From: Convolutriloba macropyga
Lineage: Eukaryota
Reading direction: 5' to 3'
Assembly: GCF_964194025.1 (NCBI RefSeq)
Contig: NC_134477.1
Coordinates: 1,612,001-1,676,000, forward strand
Length of the DNA stretch: 64,000 nt
Shown here: positions 25,791-40,659 of the stretch, piece after piece
How the letters are laid out: every line of letters begins with the position of its first letter
How positions within the stretch are numbered: position 1 is the stretch's first letter
Notes under the pieces: model-generated
Told to the model about the DNA's origin: nothing
What the model saw: the letters and a program-made list of their open reading frames with translations, nothing else
Database searches by the model: none
Translations under genes and position numbers: made by a program

Positions 25791-27695
25791 TAGATGTTCG
25801 ATTGTGAATTTCTCTTGATTTGATGACTCCTAGTGAAATGGTCCGTGTCTGAAAAAGGTCCAAATATGTCCAAAACCATATATAACCAAAAAAATAGAAT
25901 TGAGCTTTATGCTGAAATTATCATTGACATACCTTAATTCTAGGAAGTCATTTACACAACTCGTCTAACCAAACAAAACCACACTTGATACAAAAGTTTC
26001 CGCTTGAGATACTCATTGTGTCAGAAAATCATTTGAATCGGTTCTTTGTACGAGTAGATTTTGCATCATTAAGGCATACCATACCAATCTGACCGTAAGC
26101 CAGGAGAGGTAACGTAGAGACCAAAAATTGACCATCTAAACTCCCCAAAAAGAATTGAAAACGTTTAAGTGTATAATCCACATTGTATTGCGGAGAATCT
26201 ATCATGTAGAAAAACGAAACGCAGCTGAGAAAAATTAGTCAATAATTGGGCTGTGTCCTGTCCATTTTCTCAAACACCTGCTGACACAAAGTAGCACCAT
26301 TTTCAGCAAATAAAGTACTGCTCAAGTTGTGTTAAGTTCATGAAGCATATCGAAAATGTTTCGACATAAATGAGCCGACATAAATGTACCGCAGCGAATC
26401 ACAAAATTGCCTTGTTCATGTCACTCTTCACAAAAAAATCATCAAACGAGCTACATAAAACTGCATACCTATTATATATGGACAGAATCCTGACTTAATG
26501 CCAAAAACTAACGAACTTGTATCTTTACCGTGTATTCTGGAGTAGGAAGTTCTGGTTGAGCCAATAAGCCCCATTAATTATCAACTTCTTTTAAACTTGA
26601 CATTGAATGATTTTTTTTAACCATCCCGGCTACAGAAGCCACCTACTGAGCCAAGCAAGAAGAGTTTGGTACCAAAAGTACTATAGAGGAAATCGTCATA
26701 ACACTGATCTGTGCACTAATTTTGAACCACAAAGTCTGCCCAAAATCTTTGAAATTAACTTAAACCAACGTGAAACAACGTTGTCAACAAGATTTTGAGG
26801 TAAATGTAGTCCATCTCCCCGTTCTTGGGCAAACCTTCGGGCAGGAAAACGTTCCCAGTTTGCCATGAAGGCTGTAATGCTTTGTGTGTTTTAACAAAAA
26901 ACAACATCCACAGAAATTTGATGAAATAGCGAAAATAAATTAAAAGTGATTTGACTAAAATAATAAAAAAAGGTTAGCTTAAGTGACCTGAAAAGTGTCT
27001 AGAAAACTGAAAATGAACGCCAAAAAACTTGTTTGATTGCGCAAAACACCAATCAGTAACTAAATTTTCAGCATTCAATCGCAAATAACCGTTTCAGAAA
27101 ATCTTTTCTAGAATAACAATAACAATCCCAAAGAAGAGCTGCTTAAAAGGAACTGCTTTCCTGTGCATTTTCAGATTTTGCCTTCAAATCCTTTGACTTT
27201 ATTTCGCCTGTTTGTAAGTTTGCAAGACGATTCTGATAATAGTATATCATCAAAAACAACTGGAAGTAACTATTAATTCAAGCAGTTTCAATGACACGCT
27301 TTAGTTTCTCAACAAATTTATTTATTTAACTTTTCATTTGAAGAAGCAAAATTGTGAGATTTTAAAATTAGTTTTTGTCATAAGAAAAGAGGAAACATGT
27401 GATCAAGTTTGCTCATTACAGTTAAAAAAATTAATTGTTTATACTATATCGAAAAGCGCGTTTGATCTGCTTTACCTTCTCTTGGTCGTAGAATTTTGCA
27501 AATTATCATTTTTTCAATGGTCGCGCTAAATCGAAAAAATTTGTCGAAAATAAGTGAGTAGAGGACCAAAATAAGCGGCATCGACCAAAAACATTTACAC
27601 GTGAAAAGACGGCAGTTTTAATTTTTCTCTTTGATGACAAACTAAAGGAGAAAGTATGAGATGTATAATTCGTAGTCTGCGTTTCCATAAGCTGC

Positions 27696-30600
27696 GCTCA
27701 AAGAAGTAACTCACTGCGCATTAACAGATCCTTACCAAAGATTAACTCCACATAAAATCTATCGCCTATTTTCAAATACAAAAAATAAGAAAAAAAATCT
27801 GCAAAACACTTCCCGATTCGCAAAAACTGCTTTCAACTAAGCTTTTCAGTCGTCTCAACAGCTCACCATATCGGGACGTTTTAACATCTGGAGTTTCTCT
27901 TCTGACATCCTAAAATTATTAATTTCATCTTCCTATAAAGCAGTATCAATTGAAGGGTTCACCTGTTTCCAGAAAAAACAACATGAGTAGGCATCCAATT
28001 GATGAGAAGACTACTCAGAAATCAACATTTTTTACTTCAGCAGCTTTTCAAAGGATCAGACTGAGTGCAAAGCATTAACAACACATAACCAAAAGTTTTG
28101 AGGGGAAAAAATAAAGTGTTTGTTCACCGTGACAAAAACTTGGAAAAAGGGAACTAAAAATTTCGTTGGACAATCTTTACTTTGTTAAAAGACTAAACAA
28201 TAATTTACAATTTACTTCTATTAATTCCAAAACAAAAACTGTTCTACATGTTTTTTAACGTGTCTCAAACAAGTTGTTGGAACCTACAGTGAACCAAAAT
28301 CAGATGATACAGTGACAAGAAATCAGTAGAAGTTTTCAGAAGATAGATGTTGGTCGAAAACAATTTTTATAATATTTTACTATAGCAAAATATTTTTGTT
28401 TTTGAACAATTAGTAAAGAACTAATTCTCTCAAAAACTACTTGCAAAACTATTTTGCAAACAGTTTTGCGACCTTTTCTTCTGAGTCAAAGAAATCTATG
28501 CAGTACTGAATAGAACAAGCTAAGTGATATTTGTGTTTTACTGTTTTTTTTAAAACTTTTGCTGAAGAAAATTTTGCTTAAATAATGAGAGGATGATGAA
28601 AGTCACCTTAATTTTTAACCAACTACTTGCAAATGCAAATAATGAGCTCGAAAAATAATTTGGTAATTCACCGTTATAGTTAGCTTGATTTAAACACTTA
28701 AAAAGAAAACACAGAAAAAATAGTTTGAGAACTCAAAAATAGAAAATTATTAAACTAACTGCAACTATAGTTATGAACAAAGTTGCAACATGTCTGGAAA
28801 ATAGAGTTTAAAAGAATTGCAGTCAAGAACTAAATTGAACAGTCAAATCTAAATTTGGAAGATTCCGTTGTTAGTTAATCAATTTTACGCTAAAGTGAAG
28901 GAGAAATATAACAATTTCTAAGATATGGTTCCCACTTCTGTCATTTGAGGAACAAGCACATCATGGGCATTGGCAATTTCTTTGAATACATCATTTGCAC
29001 TTCTTTTCTCTGATTTTCCTAGTTCTGCGTGAAGATTATAATTGATGCGATACTTTACAACTAACTGTAAAACACTTCCCTACACACAAAAATTGATTTC
29101 ATTACTAGTTTTCACAAAGGTTCAAATCTGTACGTAATCAGGTTTTTAATTCTGAAATGTGAAAGATATCACTAAAGGGTTATAAATGAAAAAAAATTAA
29201 GGAAGCTTTTGTACATCCGGTAGAACACAATTCGAAAGAGAAAAACTCATGCAATTGAAGAATTCAATTTTTTATTTAGAAGGATCCGTATCTATTTAAT
29301 GGAGTGCTTAGAATGAAAAAAGCAGGTACAAATATTAAAACAACTTGAAGCGAATTGAATGTTCTATTAAACGTTTTCTGTAGAAATTAGGAGAGAAATT
29401 TTCAACATAGTAAACTAAGATGATTTTCATGAAAGCTCACGCAAATATCTAATTTACACAGAAAAACTCTTCAACAGAAAGTTGCTGAAATATTTCCGAA
29501 TACCCTGAATCAACTGTTCAAACCTCGCTTTGGGCCAACAATTTCATGTTGAAAGCTGAAAAGCATTAAATTACCCAAGAAAAACTGTCGAAGCATTCAG
29601 AAGAAAGTGGCAGTTTTTTGTATTTCTGTTCCGAAGCAGTTTGTACTTCGATGTCAAATTATCAGGCCTTTATTGGCAGGATTAAAAATCTCCTTTGCTG
29701 TGCAAAAAACTCTTTGTATTCTTTTAATGGCTCTTCATCTGAGTCGACGAAGCATGAGGGCTTTTCTGATTGAGAAAAAATTCTTTTCTCAATTTATTTC
29801 ACGGTCTTATTAGTCGGGAAAACTTCAAGCATGTTTCTTGGGATTGTCCGAGTCAATCTATATTTTCTCAAAAATTATATGAAGAGATCTATTTTTGAGA
29901 AAATAGATCTATTTTTGAGAAAATAGATCCATGAGCATTAAGAAACTGAAGTGAAGTGTTCGTAAAATAATTGAATGAAGCATATAAATTGGAGCACCAT
30001 GTATTATACTGCCGACATCTTCACAGTAATTGAAAAACTGGGTTACAGGCCAGGATAACTTCAAACGCTTTTGGTTTCAGAGGGGTTGTACACCATTTCA
30101 AACATAAGTATTTTCTCCCAAATTTTTTGAGAAGTTTGGTTTTTTGGAGAAAAAAACACAATTACGTGAAAAAAACATTCAGGTTTTTGCCAAAAATATG
30201 ACAAGATATGAGGAAAGAAAACGTTGTTCAAGAATGAAAATTTTGAACTTAATGAGTTTTCACAGAACCAAAAAAATAAGGAACATCTGTTCCTGAGTTA
30301 CGATTAACGGCCTAAAACGGACGTGCAATCAGCACTATGAGCCCAATTTGTGCACCGAAAGATCTTATTATCTCTTTTAAACAAAAGGAACAGGGAAAAA
30401 ATGGAGAGAACAAAACAAATTGCAATTTTATTTATATAAAAACCAGTGAAAAACAAAAAATATTGATTGTTCAGATGTAGTAACCATTAGAGCTCAAAGA
30501 AAACACTTACTGCGCATTAACCAATCTTTTGTACGGCTCCTTAGTATTAATTCTATCGCCCATTTTCGAATATAAATGAAGTATCATTTAAAAACTCTGA

Positions 30601-33600
30601 AAAACGCCTCCCGATGAGCAAAAAACTGCTTTCAACTAGGCTTTTCAGTTGTCTCCACAGCACACCATATCGGGACGTTTTAACATCGGGACTTTTTCTT
30701 CTGACATCTTAAAATTGTTCATGCAATCATTTTATAAAGCAGTATTGATTCCTGGGTTCACCTGTGTCTACAAAATACAATATTTATAGGCATCCAATCA
30801 ATGAAAATGCTACGCAGAGATCAAAAGTTTTCCACAGCATTTTTTTTTGCTTTAGCAGCTTTTCAAAGGATCGGACCGAGTGGAGAACCTGAAAAACACA
30901 TAACCAAAGTTTTTGGAGGGGAAAAATTAACTTGTTTATTCACCGCGACAAAAAATTGGAAGGGGGGAGTTAACAATTTAGTGAGACAATCTTTACTTTG
31001 TTGAAAGACCAAATAATAACTCATAATTTACTCCTATAAACTCCACAACAAAACTGTGTTTTAGCTTTTTTAGCGTGTCTCAAACAAGCTGTTGGAACGT
31101 ATAGTGAACCAAAATTGGATGACAAAAAATAAGTAGGAGTTATCAGAAGATAGATGTTGGTCGACAACAAATTTGTAATTTTTTTGATACCAAACGTTTA
31201 TCAGTTGCTTTTTGATCAATTGGTTAAGAACTAAATTCTCCGAAACCACTTGCAGAACAATTCTGCAAACAGTATTGTCACCTTTTCGTCGAAGTCGACG
31301 AAAAAACATTTGCTGAAGAAAACATTTTAAAAAACATTTGCTGAAGAAAAAATTGCTACATTTATGAGGGGATGATGAAAGTCACCTTAACTTTTAAACA
31401 ACACGAAGCATGAGGGCATGAGTCGACGAAGCATGAGGGCTTTTCTGATTGAGAAAAAATTTTTTTCTCAATTTATTTCACGGTCTTATTAATCGGGAAA
31501 ACTTCAAGCATGTTTCTTGGGATTGTCCGAGTCAATCTATATTTTCTCAAAAATTATATGAAGGGCTATCTTTAATAGATCCATGAGCATTAAGAAACTG
31601 AAGTGAAGTGTTCGTAAAAAACTTGAATGAAGCATATAAATTGGAGCACCATGTATTATACTGCCGACATCTTCACAGTAATTGAAAAACTGGGTTACAG
31701 GCCAGGATAACTTCAAACGGTTTTGGTTTCAGAGGGGTTGTACACCATTTCAAACATAAGTATTTTCTTCCAAATTTTTTTGAGAAGTTTGGTTTTTTGG
31801 AGAAAAAAAACACAATTATGTGAAAAAAAACATTCAGGTTTTTGCCAAAAATATGACAGGATGTGAGGAAAGAAAACGTTGTTCAAGAATGAAAATTTTG
31901 AACTTAATGAGTTTTCACAGAACCAAAAAAATAAGGAACATCTGTTCCTGAGTTACGATTAACGGCCTAAAACGGACGTGCAATCAGCACTATGAGCCCA
32001 ATTTGTGCACCGAAAGATCTTATTATCTCTTTTAAACAAAAGGAACAGGGAAAAAATGGAGAGAACAAAACAAATTGCCATTTTAATTATATAAAAACCA
32101 GTGAAAAACAAAAAATATTGATTGTTCAGATGTAGTAACCATTAGAGCTCAAAGAAAAAACTTACTGCGCATTAACCAATCTTTTGCACGGCTCCTTAGT
32201 ATTAATTCTATCGCCCATTTTCAAATATAAATGAAGTTTCAATTAAAAACTCTGATAAACGCCTCCCGATGAGCAAAAAACTGCTTTCAACTAGACTTTT
32301 CAGTTGTCTCCACAGCACACCATATCGGGACGTTTTAACATCGGGACTTTTTCTTCTGACATCTTAAAATTGTTCATGCAATCATTTTATGAAGCAGTAT
32401 TGATTCCTGGGTTCACCTGTGTCTACAAAATACAATATTTATAGGCATCCAATCAATGAAAATGCTACGCAGAGATCAAAAGTTTTCCACAGCATTTTTT
32501 TTTTGCTTTAGCAGCTTTTCAAAGGATCGGACCGAGTGGAGAACCTGAAAAACACATAACCAAAGTTTTTGGAGGGAAAAAATTAACTTGTTTATTCACC
32601 GCGACAAAAAATTGGAAAGGGGGAGTTAACAATTTAGTGAGACAATCTTTACTTTGTAGAAAGACCAAATAATAACTCATAATTTACTCCTATAAACTCC
32701 ACAACAAAACTGTGTTTTAGCTTTTTTAGCGTGTCTCAAACAAGCTGTTGGAACGTATAGTGAACCAAAATTGGATGACAAAAAATAAGTAGGAGTTATC
32801 AGAAGATAGATGTTGGTCGACAACAATTTTGTAATTTTTTTGATACCAAACGTTTATCTGTTGCTTTTTGATCAATTGGTAAAGAACTAATTTCTCCGAA
32901 ACCACTTGCAGAACAATTCTGCAAACAGTATTGTCACCTTTTCGTCGAAGTCGACGAAAAAACATTTGCTGAAGAAAACATTTTAAAAAACATTTGCTGA
33001 AGAAAAAATTGCTACACTTATGAGGGGATGATGAAAGTCACCTTAAATTTAAACAACAATGCAAATCCAAAAATTTAGCAAAACGGTTTGGTACTTCACC
33101 ATTATAGATAGCTTGATTTAATTACTTAAAAAGTAAGAACACAGACAAAGTAGTTTCAAAACTCAGAAAAAACTGAAAATTATTGAACTAACTGCAATTT
33201 TAGTTATGAATAAAGTTGCAGCAAGTCTGGAAATCAGAGTTTTGAATGAATTGCGACAACCCTTAAGTTGAACAGTCAATTCTAAACTTTGAAGATAGCG
33301 TTAATAGTTAATCGTTTTCTATGATATGGACCCCACGTCTGTCATTTGATGAACAAGTATATCATGGGCTTTGGCAGATGCTTTGAATACAACATTTGCA
33401 CTTTTCCTCTGATTTTTGTGGATCTGAGTGAAGATTATAATTGATGTGATACTTTACAACAAACCGAAAAACACTTCCCTACACCCAAAAATTGATTTCA
33501 ATACCAGTTTTCACAAAAAGTTCACATCTAAACTTAATCAGGTTTTTAATTCTTTAATTCTCAAATATTAAATATATCACTATAGGGATATATTTGAAAA

Positions 33601-36600
33601 AAAATTAAAGAAATTTTTAGTAGGTCCGGTAGAACACAATTCGAAGGAAAAAACTCATGCAATTGAAGAATTCTGTTTTTTTTTTTATTTATTAGGATTC
33701 GTATCTATCTGATGGAGTGCTTAAAATGAAAAAAAGCAGGAAAAAATATTGAAAAAGCTTGAAGCGAATTGAATGTTCTATAAAACGTTTTCTGTACAAA
33801 TTAGAAGAGAAAATTTTAACATAATCTAAAATGATTTTCATGTAAAAACTCCTCAATAAAAAGTTTATGACGTTTTTTCGAATACCATGAATATTTGTTC
33901 CAAACTTGCTTTGAGCCAACACTTTCATGTGGAAAGCTGAAAATCTTAAAATTACACATAATAAAATGTATAGGTATTCAGAAGAAATTTTTTAGTCTAG
34001 GGCAGTTTTTGTAATTTTGTTCCGAAGCAGTCCGTACTTCAATGTCAAACTATCAATCATTTATTGTCAGGATTAAACATCTCCTGTGCTGTGCAAAACA
34101 CTCTTTGTATTTTTTAATGCTCCGACATCTGAGTCGACAAAGCAGGAGTTTTCCCCATCAGGGGAAAACTCCTGCTTTGATGCAGAACATTTGATTCTCT
34201 GATGCAGAACATTTTTTTCACGTTTTATTTCACGGTCGTATTCATCGGGGAAATTGCTAGCAGATTTCTTGGAAGTGTCCTAGTCGATCTATGTTTTCTC
34301 AAAAATTAGATAACGGGCTATCTTTAATAGATCCATGAGCATTAAGAAACTAAAGTGAAGTGTTCTTAAAATAATTGAATGAAGCATATAAATTGGAGCA
34401 CCATGTATTACACTGCCGACATCTTCACAATACATGATAAACGTGGCTACAGGTCAGGATAATTTAAAACGGTATTGATTTCAGAGGGGTTGCAGACCAT
34501 TTCAAACCTAAGTATTTTCTCCCGAATATTTATGAGAAGTTTGGTTATTTGGAAAAAAAACACAATTTCCTGAAGAAAAACACCCAAATTCTTACCAAAA
34601 TTCTGACAGGATATGAGGACCCAAATTGTGGTTCAGGAACCAATTCGAAATTAAAGAGTTTTCGTAGAACCTAAAAAACCAAAGGACCATCGGTTCCTGA
34701 GTTACGGCTGACGGCCTAAAACAGACATGCAATCAGCACTATGAGCCCAATTTGTGCACAGAAAGATCTTAGTATCTCTTTTAAACAAAAGAAACAGGGA
34801 AAAATTTGAGAGAACAAAACAAATTAGAAATGGCCTCCTGAGCCTTAAAATGTTATTGACAGCACCAATTTAATGACATAAAAACCAGTGAAAAACAAAC
34901 AGGGTTGATTGTTCAGATGTAGTAACTATTTGAGCTCAAAGAATTAATTTACTGCACATTAACCGATGCCTTGCACAGCTCCTTTGTATAATTTTTTGTC
35001 CATTTTCGAGTTTAGATGAAGCTTCCATAAAAAATTCTGAAAAACGCTTCCCGATGTGCAAAAACTGCTTTCAACTAGGCTTTTCAGTTGTCTCCAGAGC
35101 ACACCAAATCAGGAAGTTCTAATATCGAGACTTTCTCTACTGAAATTTTAAATTTTTCAATGCCATCTTTCTATAAAGCAGTATCGTTTCAAGGGTTCAT
35201 CTATGACCACAAAACACATCAAGTATAGGCATCTAACTGATGAAAAGACTACCCACAGTTCAAAACTTTTCCGAATTTATTATTTCGTTTTTTGCTTTAG
35301 TAGTTTTTCAATCGATCAGGATCAGACCAAGTGGAAAACAATAAAAAAGATATAACCAAAAAGTTTGAAGGGAAAAGTAATTTGAATGTTCTCCGTGTCA
35401 AAAAACTGGAAGGGGGAACTAACAATTTAATGAGACAATCCTTACTTTGTTGAAAGACCAAATAATAATTCAAAATTTACTCCTATAAACTCCACAACAA
35501 AACTGTGTTACAGCTTTTTTTAGCGTGTCTCAAACAAGTTGTTGGAACGTATAGTGAACCAAAATTGGATTACAAAAAATAAATAGGAGTTTTCAGAAGA
35601 TACGTGTTGGTCGACAACAAATTTGTAATTTGTTTGATACCAAACATTTATCTCTTGTTTTTTGATCAATTAGTAAAGATTTATTTTCTCCATAACCACT
35701 TCGAAGTCGACGAAGTCTATGCTGTATTGAATAGAACAGGCTGGGTGATTTTTGTATTTTACTGTTTTTTTTACAAAAAGTTTCTACTCAAGGAAAATTT
35801 GCTAACATAATGAGGGAGATGATGAATAAACTTATGAACAGTAATGCAAACTTAAATATTGAGGTTCAAATCATTTGGATCCATCACCATTATTTTTAGC
35901 CTGATTTAAACATTTAGAAAGAAAACACAGACAAAGTAGTTTGTAAACTCATAAAAAAAATTATTGATATAACGGCAATTATAGTTATGAACAAAGGTGC
36001 AGCATATCCGCACATCAGAGTTTAAGTGAATTGCGGAAATGAACTAAATTGAACACTCAAATCTAAATTTGGAAGATTGCGTTGTTAGTTAATAGTTTTT
36101 ACGCTAAAGTGAAGGAGAAATTTAACTATTTCTAAGATATGGTTCCCACTTTTGTTTGATGAACAAGAACATTATGAGCATTGGCAGATGCTTTGAATAC
36201 ATTTGCACTTTTTTCTCTGATTTTCTTAATTCTGAGTGAAGATTATAATTGATGTGATACTTCACAACTAACTGAAAAACACTTCCCTGCACATTTCCCT
36301 AATTGATTTCATTACTAGTTTTCACAAAAATTTTACCTCTGTACGTAATCAGGTTTATAATTCTGAGATGATAAAGTTGTCACTATAGGGATAAATTTTT
36401 AAAGAAATTTTCTCTAGGTCCACATAACACAATTTCCAAATAGAAAAACTCTTGCAATTGAAGAATTCAGTTTTTTTTATTTGTACGGATCCATATCTCT
36501 TTAATAGAGTGCTTAGAATGAAAAAAGCAGGGACCAATATTGGAACAGTTTGAAGCAAATTTTTTGTTCTATTAAACGTTTTTTTTCTGTTGCATTTTAG

Positions 36601-39600
36601 CAGAGGAAATTTTAATATAGTAAAGTAATGATTTTCATGAAAGTTCAAGAGATATTCTGATGGTAAAAATTATAACTCCTCAATGGAAAATTGCTGAATT
36701 TTTTCTGAATACCCTGAATCAAATGTTCAAACCTCGCTTCGATCCAACACTTTCCTGTTGAAACATGAAAAATGTCAAAATACACATAAAAACTGTAGAA
36801 GCGTAGAGAAGAAGATTTTTGGTCTATGGCAGTTTTTGTATTTTTTTTTCCGAAGCACCTTGTACTTCGGTGTCGAATTATCAGTCATTTATAGTTAGGA
36901 TGAAACATCTCCTTTGTTGTGCAAAGCACTCTTTGTATTATTTCGATGGCTCTTCATCTGAGTTGATGAAGCGGGAGTTTTCCCGATCAGGTGTGCTTTT
37001 CTGATGGAGAAAATTTTCTTTTCACGTTTTGCTTCACGGTCCTATTTATCGGAAAAATTTCAACCATGTTTCTTGGGATTGTCCAAGTCAATCTATGTTT
37101 TCTCGAAAATTGGAAGACAGGCTATCTTCAATAGATCCATGAGCATCAAGAAAGTGAAGTTAAAAAATGTGGAGTTTTTGCGTTCTTAAAATAATTGAAT
37201 GCAGCATATAAATTGGAGCACTATGTATTTTACTGCCGACATCTTCACAATGAATGACAAACTTGGTTACACGTTAGGATAATTTAAAATGGTATTGATT
37301 TCAGAGGGGTTCTAGCCCAATTCAAAAATAAGTATTTTCTCCCAAAAATTTATGAGTAGTTCGGTTTTTTTGGAGAAAAATGTAATTACGTGGAAAAAAA
37401 CACTCAAGTTCTTGCCACAATTCTAACAGGATATGGGGAGACAAATTGTGGTTCAGTAACAGATTCGAAATTAATGAGTCTTCGCAGAATCAAAAAATAA
37501 TAAAGACCATTGGTTCCTGAGTTACAATTAATGGCCTATAACGGACGTACAATCAAATATATGAACCCAATTTGAGCACAGAGAGATCTTAGTATCGCTT
37601 TTAAACAAATCAACAGCAAAAAATTGGTGAGAACAAATCGATATAGAAATGAACTCCTGAGCCTGAAAAGGTCATTGACAGCACCAATTTATTGACTTAA
37701 AAAACAATGAAAAACAAAAAAGTTGCGTTGATTGTTCAGATGTAGTGACTGTTTGAGCTCAAAGAAGTAATTTACTGCGCAGTAACAGATCCTTTGTATA
37801 GATTAAATCCTCATAAATTCTATCGCCCATTCTCAAATATGAATGAAGTTCCCAATTCTGCCAATTTCAAAAAATGATAAACGCCTCCGGATGCCCAAAA
37901 ACTGCTTTCAACTAGGCTTTTCAGTAATCTCCAAAGCTCACCACAACTGGACTCTCTTTTCTGAAATCCTAAATTTTTCATTGTCATTTTTCTATAAAGC
38001 AGTATCGTTTCATGGGTTCACCTATGTCTTCAAAACACAAAAAGTGTAGGCATCTTACTGATGAAAAGACTACCCAAAGTTCAAAATTTTTCCGAAATCT
38101 ATATTTTTTTTGTTTTTTGCTCTAGCAGATTTTCAATGGGTCAGAATGAGTGAAAAAAATTAAAAACACTTAACCAAAAGTTTAGAAGATAAAAAAAGTG
38201 ATTGTTCGCCGTGACAAAAAAATTGACAGGGAAGAACTAACAATTTAGTGACACAATCTTTACTTTGTTGAAAGAACAAACAAAATTTTACAATTTACTT
38301 CTGATAACTCCACAACAAAACTGTGCTACAGCTTTTTTATTGTGCCTCAATCAAGCTGTTGGAACCTACAGTGAACCAAAATTAGATGATACAGTGAGAA
38401 AAAATTGGTAGAAGTTTACAGAAGATAGGTGTTGGTCGACAACAATTTTTGTAACTTTTTACGATAGCAAAATTTTGTTTTTGAACAATTAGAAAAGAAC
38501 TAATTCTCTCCAAAACTTCTTGCAAAACAATTCTGCAAACAGTTTTGTGATCTTTTCTTCTGAGTCGACGAAATCTATGCTGTATTGAACAGAACAAGCT
38601 AAGTGAGGTTTGTGTTTTACTGTTTTTTTTTAATTTTTGCTCAAGAAAAATTTGCTAGCATGAATAGGGGGAGGAATAAAGTGACCTTAGCTTTCAAACA
38701 ACAATGCAAATCCAAATAATGAGGTCAAAAACAATTGGGTACTTCACTCTTATAGTGAAGTCTTCACTCTTGATTTTAACAAAACTTAGACAACGTTTTT
38801 TGTGAAAGCATGAAAAAAAGAAAAATGTTAAAATAAGTACTGCAACTGCAGTTATGAAAAAAATTATGCAAAGTTGCAGGATGTCTGGAAATCAGATTTA
38901 CCCTTCCGCTAAATAAATTGGGAACAAGAACGAACTGAATCGAACAGTCAAATCTAAATTTGAAAGATTGTGTGGTTAATTAATTGTTTTGACGCTAAAG
39001 TGAAGAAGAAATTTGACTTTTTCTAAGATATAGCCCCCACTTCTGTTATTTAATGAAAAAATTATCATGAGCATTGGCAGATGCTGTGAATACATCATTT
39101 GCACTTTTTTCTCTGATTTTTATAGTTCTTAAGATTATAATTGACGTGATACTTTACAACTAACTGAAAAACAGTTCACTAAACACAAAACTTGAATTCA
39201 ATACTAATTTTCACTACAGATTCACATCTCTACGTAATCTAGTTTTTTATTCTGAAACGTTAAAACTATCACTAACAGGATATATTCGCAAATAAGGAAA
39301 TTTTTTGTAGGTCCGCAAAACACAAGTTCCAAGGAGAAAAACTCATGCAATTGAATTCAATTTTTCATTTATACGGATCTGAATCTATTTAATAGAGTGC
39401 TTCGAATGAAAAAAGCCGGTACAAACATAGAACACCTTTTTTGTTGCAAATTAGGAGAGAAAATGTCAATATAGTAAACTAATATCTTCTTCATGAGAGC
39501 TCAAGCAATTGTATAATATGCACATTAAGACTCCTCATTGAAAATTTGCTGAAAATTTTCTGAATACCCTGAAGCAACTGTTCAAACCTCGCTTTGAGCC

Positions 39601-40659
39601 AATACTTTCTTGTGGAAAGCTGAAAATCATTAAATTACACATAAAAAACAGTAGAAGCGTTAAGTAGATTTTTAGGTCTATGGCAGTTTTTGTAATTTTG
39701 TTCCGAAGCAGTTTGTACTTCGATGTCAAACAATCAGTCATTTATTGGTAAGATTAAGCATCTCCTTTGCTGAGCAAAACATTCTTTGTATTATTTTAAT
39801 GGCTCTTCATCTGAGTCAACGAAGCAAGAGTTTTCCCCATCAGAAGCGCTTTTCTGATGGAGAACAATTTCTTTTGACGTTTTTTTCACGGTCTTCTTCA
39901 TCGGGAAAATTGCAAGCATGTTTCTTAGGATTGTCCAAATCAATCTATGTTTTCTCAAATTATAGATGACGGTCTATTTTTAATAGATCCATGAGCATCG
40001 GTAAGTTGAATTGAAAGAAATAAGGGTTTAAAATCCTCTTTTTCCGTTTATACTATTAAATTACCTAACAAATACCTCGTTTCTGTTACACCACTCGTTG
40101 TATTCTTAAAATAATTGAAAGCAGCATATAACTTGGAGCACCGTGTTATTATACTGCCGACATTTTCACTATACATAAGAAACTTGGTAACAAGTCGGGA
40201 TAATTTAAAACGGTTTTGATTTCAGAGGGGTTCTAGCCCATTTCAAACAAGAATTTTTCCAGATATTTTTGAGTAGTTTGGTTTTTCTGAACAAAAACAC
40301 AATTGTAAGAAAAAAACACTCGATTTCTTGCAAAAATGAGTATATGAAGAAACAAATTGTGGTACAGGGCCGGATTCGAATTTAATGTCTTTTGTAGAAC
40401 CAAAAAATAATACAGACCATCGGTTCCCGAGTTACGATTAACGGCCTAAAACGGACGTACAGTTAGGTCTTTGAGCCCAATTGGAGCACAAAGAGATCTT
40501 AATTTCTCTTTTAAACAAAAAGAACAGTAAAATGTTGGCGTTTAAAAAACAATTTGAAAATGGCATCCTGAAAAGTTCATTGACAGTACCAAATTAATGA
40601 CTTAAATACAGTGAAAACAAAAAAGATACGTTGATTGTTCGGATGTAGTAACTATTTGA
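27696..40659 (+). repeat. ~2.8-kb tandem macro-repeat (units start 27696, 30492, 32147, 34934, 37757)
   Basis: The anchor GCTCAAAGAAG...ACTGCGCATTAAC and many colinear blocks recur. Unit lengths are 2796, 1655, 2787, 2823 and 2903 bp. Confidence 0.93.
29740..33055 (+). repeat. Recent near-identical 1.65-kb tandem duplication nested in the macro-repeat
   Basis: 29740-31403 matches 31419-33058; ORFs 31070-31309 and 32726-32965 are almost identical. Confidence 0.92.

Noticed and set aside
31070-31309. Recurrent minus-strand small ORF (also 32726, 38382) as a gene family
   Set aside because: Recurrence follows from the tandem duplication, and the splice signals point to the plus strand.
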